This document shows positions 19,770 to 27,266 of a DNA stretch of 64,000 nt, in pieces (within the stretch, counting starts at the first letter, position 1; every line of letters begins with the position of its first letter). Both the position numbers and the translations under genes were made by a program. The stretch spans positions 36,597 to 100,596 of the forward strand of contig JBBQSO010000008.1 of the NCBI GenBank assembly GCA_038213805.1. The letters run 5' to 3'. The notes under the pieces are model-generated. The model made no database searches. It was not told the DNA's origin and was given only the letters and a program-made list of their open reading frames with translations. The stretch is from Planctomycetota bacterium (GTDB taxonomy: Bacteria > Planctomycetota > UBA11346).

Positions 19770-21302
19770 TCATTCCACGGTGGGCGATTCTGTGGGAGCC
19801 GCTCCCGGCGCGACCGGGCGCCGGGAGCGGCGCAGCCAGCCGGTGCCAGCGATGGCGAGGTAGACACCCATGCCCAGGGCCACGGCGGCGGCGAGGCGCA
19901 ACGCGGCATGGCCGGAGCCGTGGCCAGGCGGCTGCGGCCACAGCCGCAGCAGCGCCACGACCGCGGCGCCCATGGCCAGCGCACCAAGCAGCGGCCGCAG
20001 CAGGCCGCTCCAGCCGATCACACCGCCGGTGCCGCGCAGGTGGAGCAGGCGCAGGTAGAGTGCGCATCCTACGAAACTTGAGATCGCGGTGGCCAGGGCC
20101 AGCCCGGCCTCGCGTAGCGGGGTGCGCACCAGCACCAGGTTGAGCGCCAGGTTGAGCGCGACCATGGCCAGGCTGATGCGCATCGGCGTGCGCTGGTCGC
20201 GGCGTGCGTGGAAGGCGCGCATCAGCAGCTTGGCCAAGGCGATCGGCACCAGCGCCAGGGCGAGCATCTGCGTCACCAGCACGGTGCGCGCCACCGCCGC
20301 ATCGTCGAAGCGGCCGCTCTGGTAGATGGTGCGCACGACCGGCTCGGCCGTGGCGAGCAGGCCGACCGCCGCCGGCAGCAGCCAGAAGGCGAGCAGGCGC
20401 GAGGCTTCGCGCAGACCGGCGCCGGTCGCCGCCCAGCCCTCGGCGGCGCGGCTGGCGAGCTCCGGGTAGGCGGCGGTGGTCACGCCGTGGCCGATCAGCG
20501 CCATCGGGAACTGCAGCAGGCGGTTGCCGAAGTAGAGGATCGCCACCGCGCCGTCGCCGGGGATGAAGATCATCGCGATGACGCTGTCGAGGTAGGCGTT
20601 CACCTGGTAGATGCCGCTGGCGACCACCGTCGGTGCCAGCGCGCTGCGCAGTTCGCGCAGCTCGGGAGTGCTGGCGGTGGCCAAGGGCGGCACGCCGCCG
20701 GGGGTGCGCGCCAGCGCCCACAGCAGCAGCGCCACCTGCAGGACGCCGGCCGCGAGCACCGCGTAGGGCAGCAGCCAGGCTTCGGCCTCGGGCGACATCC
20801 ACACCGTCGCGATCATGCACAGGTTCATCACCACCGGAGCCGCCGCCGGCGTCCAGAAGTGGCGGCGCCCATTCAACACCCCCGACATGATCGCCGCGAC
20901 GCAGATGAAGATCAGGAACGGGATCTGCGGGATGGCCATCGCCGCGACGATCACCACCTTGCCGGTGCCGCAACGCACCAGCACGCCCGCCGCCACCATG
21001 CCGAGCGCCGCGAATACGCTCAATCCCAGGGCGAGGCGGGTGATGACCAGACCGGCGAAGCGCTCTGCCGCTTGCGGATCACGGTCGCGTCCCTGCACGT
21101 AGCGCGGCACGAAGGCCGCCGCCAGCGCACCTTCACCGAAGAGATTGCGCAGCAGGTTGGGCAGCGCGAAGGCCATTAGGAAGCAGTCGAGCATCAGCGA
21201 CCCGCCCATCGCCCCCGCCCACAGCCGGTCGCGCACCAGACCGAGGATGCGGCTGGCCAGGGTCCAGCTGCTGACGGCGAAGGCGCGCTTGGCGAGGCTC
21301 AC
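19770..21302 (-). CDS. murJ: Lipid II flippase
   Basis: TLASRILGLVRD, AFALPNLLRNLFGEGAL.AAFVP, NRLLQFP. Confidence 0.92.
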   Translation of the reverse strand: MSLAKRAFAVSSWTLASRILGLVRDRLWAGAMGGSLMLDCFLMAFALPNLLRNLFGEGALAAAFVPRYVQGRDRDPQAAERFAGLVITRLALGLSVFAALGMVAAGVLVRCGTGKVVIVAAMAIPQIPFLIFICVAAIMSGVLNGRRHFWTPAAAPVVMNLCMIATVWMSPEAEAWLLPYAVLAAGVLQVALLLWALARTPGGVPPLATASTPELRELRSALAPTVVASGIYQVNAYLDSVIAMIFIPGDGAVAILYFGNRLLQFPMALIGHGVTTAAYPELASRAAEGWAATGAGLREASRLLAFWLLPAAVGLLATAEPVVRTIYQSGRFDDAAVARTVLVTQMLALALVPIALAKLLMRAFHARRDQRTPMRISLAMVALNLALNLVLVRTPLREAGLALATAISSFVGCALYLRLLHLRGTGGVIGWSGLLRPLLGALAMGAAVVALLRLWPQPPGHGSGHAALRLAAAVALGMGVYLAIAGTGWLRRSRRPVAPGAAPTESPTVE

Positions 21303-21354
21303 GGCATCAAGGTCTGGAGCGGTTGCGCGGGGACAAGGGGATCATCGCTGGGTG

Positions 21355-21509
21355 CGAAGTCCGGAAGTCCGGAAGTCCGGAAGTCTCAGCGAACGCGATG
21401 TCATGGGCGAACCGCTGCGATGACGCTGGAATGCTATCCCACGCGGCGGAATGGGGCCGACCCGGTACTCATGGACTTCCGGACTTCCGGACTTCCGGAC
21501 TTCCGGACC
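21355..21509. repeat. Palindromic (CGGAAGTC)n element, copy 3, different spacer
   Basis: Arms 21355-21385 and 21473-21509. Confidence 0.85.
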
Positions 21510-22935
21510 CGCCGGCGGCCCCGCCGCCGAGCGTCTCGATCTGCTTGCCGGCGAGCCCGACCAGATTGGCGACCATCAGCGCCCCGGTATTCCGCCACTC
21601 TCCGCCTGAGTTGGTCGCGAGTTTGAGGTAGCAGCTGCGCGGGATGCCGGGATACGCGCTGTCGAGATGCACCCAGCGCCCACCAATGTAGGCGCTGTTC
21701 CAGGCGTGGCCGACCCAACCGCCGAAGTCCGCCGCGAAGACCAGGCCATCCTCGACGCGCGCCGGGATGCCGGCGATGCGCAGGGCGGCGCAGAGCAGGT
21801 TGGCGTGCTCGGTGCAGTCGCCGGTGCGCGTGCGGAAGGCTTCGAGCGCCGAGGCGTCGCCCTTGCTCAGGTCCTTGGTGGTGATGTGGCCGCGCACCGC
21901 CAGGCGCAGCTGCTCGGCGAGATCGGCCTGATCGGCCTCGTGCCCCTTGGCGACGCCCTGCACCCAGGCGCGCAGCGCCGCATCATCGGTTTCGAGCTGC
22001 GGCGTGGCGCGCAGCAACGGCGCGGGATCGGCGAGGGGCGCTGGCGCAGCGCGGGCAGTGACGGTCACCACGCCATCCGCCAGGTGCTGGAACTCGTCCT
22101 CGGCGACGGTGCCACCAGGCGGCATGCGGTAGCGGTTGACCGGGCCGGCGGCGGGCGCGGGGCCGCGAGCATCGACCAGACCGGTCGGGGACAACTCGGC
22201 GCCCTCGAGCGGAACCGGACCGGGACTGGGGAGCAGCTCCAGCACCATCGGTCCGATGCTCAGGCCGACGCCAGCGAGTTGGCCCGTCGGCGTGACGGTG
22301 GTCGACATCGGGATCGGCATCTGGTCCATCAGCATGGTGAAGACCAGGTTCCCGGCCGGGGTGGTGCGTACGAAGGTCGCGGTGATATCGACGATCTGCA
22401 CCTGGTTGCCGAGCAGGTTGATACCCGAAAAGCGTTCCTGCTGGCCGGCCTTCCATGGGTGCGCGACGAGCAGCTCCTGTCCGGCCTGCTGGCCGAGCAG
22501 GCGCGTGCCGGGCGGAATGGGCAGGCGCTGCTCGGTGGTGCGATCGAGGTGATGGACAGTGGCGACCACCTCGTCGCCCACCACCTTGCCGACCGCACTG
22601 GTGGTCTCGCCACCCTCGACGTGGTCGAAGTGGAACGCGACGATGCGGCCGTCGGCACCATCGACATAGGCCTGGGACTCGCGCGTCTCGAAGCGCATGG
22701 CGGAGGCGCCGAGGGTGCGTGAGATCAGGAAGACCATCTCCGAGGTGTCGCTGCGCGTCCCATCGGCGTGCTTCGTCACCGCCGCATGGATGGTCATCGC
22801 CGGCTGCGCGTTGAGCCTGCCGACGAACCACAGGTCCGACTCCAGCACGTCGCTCTCAGCCGCTGCCAGAGCGCCGCAGAGCAGCAGGACGGCGTGGAGG
22901 CGGCAGACAGCAGGCAGCATGCGGAAAATGGGCAT
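21469..22935 (-). CDS. Secreted transglutaminase-like domain protein
   Basis: Signal peptide; GDCTEHA..ALRIAGIPAR, HAWN, WVHLD (Cys-His-Asp triad). Confidence 0.85.
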   Translation of the reverse strand: MPIFRMLPAVCRLHAVLLLCGALAAAESDVLESDLWFVGRLNAQPAMTIHAAVTKHADGTRSDTSEMVFLISRTLGASAMRFETRESQAYVDGADGRIVAFHFDHVEGGETTSAVGKVVGDEVVATVHHLDRTTEQRLPIPPGTRLLGQQAGQELLVAHPWKAGQQERFSGINLLGNQVQIVDITATFVRTTPAGNLVFTMLMDQMPIPMSTTVTPTGQLAGVGLSIGPMVLELLPSPGPVPLEGAELSPTGLVDARGPAPAAGPVNRYRMPPGGTVAEDEFQHLADGVVTVTARAAPAPLADPAPLLRATPQLETDDAALRAWVQGVAKGHEADQADLAEQLRLAVRGHITTKDLSKGDASALEAFRTRTGDCTEHANLLCAALRIAGIPARVEDGLVFAADFGGWVGHAWNSAYIGGRWVHLDSAYPGIPRSCYLKLATNSGGEWRNTGALMVANLVGLAGKQIETLGGGAAGGSGSPEVRKSGSP

Positions 22936-23032
22936 GGGTGGCTCCGCATGCCATGATGGCGTCTGCCGATTCACCAGGAAGGCCGGAGATGGGGAGGCGT
23001 GACAGCGGCGCCCGTGGGGATTTCGCGACTCC

Positions 23033-23527
23033 TCAGGCGAGCGGCCACTCCAACCGCCCCTCCCACTCCGGATCCCGACCCGCCTGGATCGAGTCCATGG
23101 CGCGGTTGGTCAGCGCATCGACGCGCTCGTTCCCAGGATTCCCCGCGTGCCCCTTCACCCATTGCCAGCGCACCGTGTGCTGCTGGGTGAGCACGTCGAG
23201 CTCCTTGAGCAGGTCGACGTTCTTGAGCGGGCCGTCCTTCTTTTTCCAGCCCTTGGCCTTCCAGCCGGGCATCCACTCGCTCACCGACTTGATCAGATAT
23301 TGGCTGTCGCTGTGGATCAGCACCGCCAGCCCCGGCTTGCGCAGCGAGCGCAGGCCCATGATCGCGGCCAGCATCTCCATACGGTTGTTGGTGGTCTCGC
23401 GCTCGCCGCCGCAGCGCTCGAGCGCCTGATGGCTGAGCGGATTGATGGCCAGGAAGCCCCAACCGCCCGGCCCGGGGTTACCACGGCAACCGCCGTCGGT
23501 GTAGAGGACGACGTCGGGCTGGGTCAT
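23033..23527 (-). CDS. rnhA: Ribonuclease HI
   Basis: YTDGGCRGNPGPGGWG, TTNNRME, DSQY, WVKGHAG..GNERVD. Confidence 0.95.
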   Translation of the reverse strand: MTQPDVVLYTDGGCRGNPGPGGWGFLAINPLSHQALERCGGERETTNNRMEMLAAIMGLRSLRKPGLAVLIHSDSQYLIKSVSEWMPGWKAKGWKKKDGPLKNVDLLKELDVLTQQHTVRWQWVKGHAGNPGNERVDALTNRAMDSIQAGRDPEWEGRLEWPLA

Positions 23528-24243
23528 GGGGCCACCTCGTCCGCATCCGCCCAGGCGAGTCCTGGGGGCAGCGGCGCAGCGCACCATTCGACGTGCAGGA
23601 CGCGCCGCTGTCCAGGGGCGAGCGCCGGCGCGGAGGCGTGCAGCAGCAGCGGATGGACGGCGAGAACCTCGCCACGCGCTGCCGTCAGGAAGCTGCGCGG
23701 AACGCGTGCGCACCAGCGCTGGATGCCGTCGGCCTCGAGCGGACCGTCGCGGTGCGAGCCCGGCAGCACCTCCAGCGGTGCGTTATCCGCGCCGCAGTCG
23801 TCCAAGTGCAGGCGCAGGGCCAAGCGCTGGACGCTGTGCAGGTCCGGCAGGCGCACATGCGGGCGGCCGTCTTTGATCGACCACAGTACCCAGCCGGGCA
23901 GGTCGAGGCGCGCGCGCAGCGGCGCCGTCAGGTCCTGGTGCCAGGGCACGCGCCAATTGGCCTCCGGCTGCTTATCGAACAGCACCGCGCTGATCGCCGC
24001 CGCTCCGGGCGCAAGCAACGCCGCGACGACAGCCTGGACCGGCGCACAGCGCACCCATGCGGCGACCGCCGGCAGGGCCAGCAGGTCGCGCGCCGCGTAG
24101 GCCGCGCGTCCCGGGCGCTGGTGACGCGAAGTCGCCAAAGTCAGGGCCGACACCAGGTCGTTGAGCTGCGCAGGAGTGACCAAGCCGGTCAACAGGGCAT
24201 GACCAGCGCTCTGGTATGCGTCCCTTACAGCCGCCTCAACCAT
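23524..24243 (-). CDS. Phytanoyl-CoA dioxygenase (PhyH) family Fe(II)/2-oxoglutarate oxygenase
   Basis: FDK...NW.VPWHQD, RLHLDD, LEVLPGSH, LLHAS, RRVLH. Confidence 0.85.
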   Translation of the reverse strand: MVEAAVRDAYQSAGHALLTGLVTPAQLNDLVSALTLATSRHQRPGRAAYAARDLLALPAVAAWVRCAPVQAVVAALLAPGAAAISAVLFDKQPEANWRVPWHQDLTAPLRARLDLPGWVLWSIKDGRPHVRLPDLHSVQRLALRLHLDDCGADNAPLEVLPGSHRDGPLEADGIQRWCARVPRSFLTAARGEVLAVHPLLLHASAPALAPGQRRVLHVEWCAAPLPPGLAWADADEVAP

Positions 24244-25405
24244 CGGCGGGAACAGTCTCTTCCGGGGCCTTGTCGGCGTACCCAGCACGGAAGCGCGCCG
24301 CAAACTCCGCGCTGCGGCCGGCGCGGATCGCGGCGCGCAGCCGCGCCATCAGCTGGCGGTAGTAGGCGAGGTTGTGCACGCTGAGCAGCTGCCCGCCAAG
24401 GATCTCGCCGCTTTTCAGCAGGTGATGGAGGTAGCCGCGCGACACCCGGCTGGCCTGGCTCGCCGTGCCCGCGTCGAGCGGTGCGGTGTCGCCCGCGAAC
24501 TCGCCGCGCTTGACGCGCAGAGGACCATGGTCGGTATAAGCGATGCCGTGACGGCCCATGCGCGTGGGCAGCACGCAGTCGAACTGGTCGATGCCGCGCA
24601 CCACCGCCTCGACCAGGTCGAGCGGCGTGCCCACGCCCATCAGGTAGCGCGGCTTGGCCGCCGGCAGCAGCCCGGCCATCCAGTCGAGCACACGCAGGCG
24701 GTCGGCAAACGTCTCGCCCACCGCCAGGCCGCCGAGCGCATAACCGGGCAGGTCGTGCGTCAGGGCGTCGGCGAGCGAGGCCTCGCGCAGGTCGCGGTGC
24801 AGGCCACCCTGGATGATGGCGTAGAGCGCCTGGCTGGTGGCGCCGCCGGGCAGTGCGGCAGTGGCCGGCGCGCGCCACGCCGCGACCGAGCGCGCCAGCC
24901 ACAGCGCGGTGCGGCGGTTGCAGGCCTCGACCGCGTCGCGCGCGGCGTCGGCCGGCGGGCACTCGTCGAAGGCCATGATGATGTCGGCGCCAAGCAGGCG
25001 CTGGATGCGCACGCTTTCCTCGGGGGTGAGCAGGAAGGGCGCGCCGTCAAGATGGCTGCGGAAGGCCACCCCCTCGTCGCTGATCTTGCGCTGCGCGGCC
25101 AGGCTGAACACCTGGTAGCCGCCGGAATCGGTGAGCATCGGCCCGCGCCACCCGGTGAAGGCGTGCAAGCCGCCGAGGTCGTGCACGCGCTGCGCGCCCG
25201 GGCGCAGTGCGAGGTGGTAGGTGTTGCACAGCATCACACCCTGGCCGAGTTCCTCGGCCTGCTGCACGGTCACGCCCTTGAGGCCGCCGAGAGTGGCGAC
25301 CGCCATGAAGCAGGGCGTGGGCACGCGGCCGTGCGGGGTCTCAAGCACGCCAGCGCGCGCGGGGCCGTCAGTCGCGACCACTGAAAAGCCGAGCGGCCCG
25401 TTCAC
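24236..25405 (-). CDS. tgt: tRNA-guanine(34) transglycosylase
   Basis: NTYHL, LTDSGGYQVFSL, AFDEC, QGG, GGLAVGE, RYLMGVG, FDCVLPTR. Confidence 0.93.
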   Translation of the reverse strand: MNGPLGFSVVATDGPARAGVLETPHGRVPTPCFMAVATLGGLKGVTVQQAEELGQGVMLCNTYHLALRPGAQRVHDLGGLHAFTGWRGPMLTDSGGYQVFSLAAQRKISDEGVAFRSHLDGAPFLLTPEESVRIQRLLGADIIMAFDECPPADAARDAVEACNRRTALWLARSVAAWRAPATAALPGGATSQALYAIIQGGLHRDLREASLADALTHDLPGYALGGLAVGETFADRLRVLDWMAGLLPAAKPRYLMGVGTPLDLVEAVVRGIDQFDCVLPTRMGRHGIAYTDHGPLRVKRGEFAGDTAPLDAGTASQASRVSRGYLHHLLKSGEILGGQLLSVHNLAYYRQLMARLRAAIRAGRSAEFAARFRAGYADKAPEETVPADG

Positions 25406-25426
25406 GAACGTGATCTCCGCACAGCG

Positions 25427-25461
25427 CCGCACTCCGCACTCCGCACTCCGCACTCCGCACA
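25427..25461. repeat. Heptamer tandem repeat (CCGCACT)x5
   Basis: Read directly, between the SpoIID-like gene and tgt. Confidence 0.85.
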
Positions 25462-25487
25462 CGCGCGTCTGATCATCTCCGTTGTCA

Positions 25488-26972
25488 TCACCACTTCGGC
25501 ACCAGGCGCACACGCGGATAGAAGAAGCGTAAGATCTCGGTCGCGAGTCGGCCCTGCTGGGCCATCTCCCATGCGCTGATCTGGCTCATGCCCACGCCGT
25601 GGCCGTAGCCGAGGCACTCGATGCGGTAGTCCTTGCGCAGCGGATCATCCTTGGCGTCGATCTTCTCAGGACTGCGCGCCGACCACAGCGTCGAGCGGAT
25701 GCGGCCGTTGCCGATCATGCGCCGGAACCACGCCGCCGGCAGCTCGATCGGCTCACCCAGGGTATGGTCGATGATCACCGTCTCGACGCGGTTCGACTGC
25801 GGGTTGCGCCGGCCGACGCGCAGGTTCTTGGTGTGGCCGATGGGGCGCGCGTCGCCGAGCTGCTTGAAGAGCTTGATCAGGCCGCTGCGGATGTCGGCCG
25901 GGCGGATGACGTCGCTGGTGACCCAGTGGGTGGCAAGGTAGCCGAGCTGGTCAGCGCCCGCTTGGCAATAGGGATCGGCCTGCGCGGGCATGATCTCCGG
26001 CGGCAGCGCGTGCCCGTAGGCATCGTGCGCGTCAGGGAACACCGACGCGACGCTGGCGGTGTAGCCGCCCGAACTCGCCGAGAAGTACGGTGCGAAGGGG
26101 AACGAACCGTCGCTCTGGTCGGTGCAGGTGATGGTGCCGCGGGTCTCGACCACCGCCCGCGTGACCAGGTCGGTGCCGTTGCCGTGGCCGCGGTAGTCCT
26201 GGTCGTCGACGCCGTCGACGATATCGAAGGGCTGGCGGGCGTAGCGCGCCGCCCAGGCACGCGCGTAGGCGTAGCTGCGGCTCACCACGGCCTGGGCCTT
26301 GAGCGCTTCAATCGGGAAGCTCGGCGACATCTCGACCGCCACTACGCCGTCCACGTAGGCCTCCATGGGCAGGCAGTCGATCACCATCAGCTGCTTCTCG
26401 CTCTTCCACAGGATCTCGGCGCTGCCGCGATAACGGCGGTCGGTCAGGCCGAAGACCGGCTGGCTGTCCGCGGCCTCGAAGCCGGTCGGGTCGAGGTGGC
26501 CCGGCGCGGCCTTGGCGTTCTCGGCCGTGGGGCTGAGCGTGGTGCGCTGTGGCTGCACGCGCACGCGATTGACGTTCCAGCGCACCTCTTTGCCGCCGCT
26601 GCCCCACTCCTTGCTGGACAGGGTCATGCCGTCGGGGCCGTCGACCAGGATGAAGAGCTTGGCGCCGCTGCGCAGGGTCAAATGCCGCTCGGCGTTGTCG
26701 GGGTCGTCGGGGGTGACGACGTCGACGTCCTGGAAGATGGTCAGTTCGACCTGCTCCTGGGTGCGGCTGGGCTCGGCGAGCGGATCCTTGCCGGAGCGGT
26801 TGCTGAGCAGCACGCGCACCCCGGGGTCCTGGCCGGCACCTTTGGCGTAGGGGCCGAAAACGCCATCGTCGTGCTCCTTGACCAGCCCCTGGATCAAGCT
26901 GACCACGAAATAGGCGAGCAGGCCGAGCAGCATCACCCCGCGCACCCATTTGAAGACCACGTCGGCGTTCAT
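25488..26972 (-). CDS. SpoIID/LytB domain protein with N-terminal membrane anchor
   Basis: YRG, EAYVDGVVAVEM..SFPIEALKAQAVVSRSY, Q.YRG, GYGHGVGMSQ. Confidence 0.9.
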   Translation of the reverse strand: MNADVVFKWVRGVMLLGLLAYFVVSLIQGLVKEHDDGVFGPYAKGAGQDPGVRVLLSNRSGKDPLAEPSRTQEQVELTIFQDVDVVTPDDPDNAERHLTLRSGAKLFILVDGPDGMTLSSKEWGSGGKEVRWNVNRVRVQPQRTTLSPTAENAKAAPGHLDPTGFEAADSQPVFGLTDRRYRGSAEILWKSEKQLMVIDCLPMEAYVDGVVAVEMSPSFPIEALKAQAVVSRSYAYARAWAARYARQPFDIVDGVDDQDYRGHGNGTDLVTRAVVETRGTITCTDQSDGSFPFAPYFSASSGGYTASVASVFPDAHDAYGHALPPEIMPAQADPYCQAGADQLGYLATHWVTSDVIRPADIRSGLIKLFKQLGDARPIGHTKNLRVGRRNPQSNRVETVIIDHTLGEPIELPAAWFRRMIGNGRIRSTLWSARSPEKIDAKDDPLRKDYRIECLGYGHGVGMSQISAWEMAQQGRLATEILRFFYPRVRLVPKW

Positions 26973-27266
26973 GCGCGCAGCACCGTACGTGGCCCCCGCC
27001 ATGTGGCTACTGGCAACCCCCCGGCTCCGCAGGGTGCTGGACGGCACCCGACGAGACCGCTGGCAGTGCGCTGGCAAAGGCCGGGATGCGTCCTGCTCAC
27101 GGTGCAGATTGCGGGAATTCCCTACATCCCGCGCCCAGGACCACGCTCCATTCGGGATCGGAAACTGCATATTCCCGCACGGATCCGCATAGCGAAGCAG
27201 GGAATGCTCCTGCGCGTGCGTAGCGCTGCGGCTAGACTCGTGGGACCTTCACCGCTGGACCGCGCC

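Noticed and set aside
25599..27266. N-terminal extension of the 1415-aa ORF
   Set aside because: Antisense shadow of the SpoIID gene; the signal peptide starts at ATG 27267.
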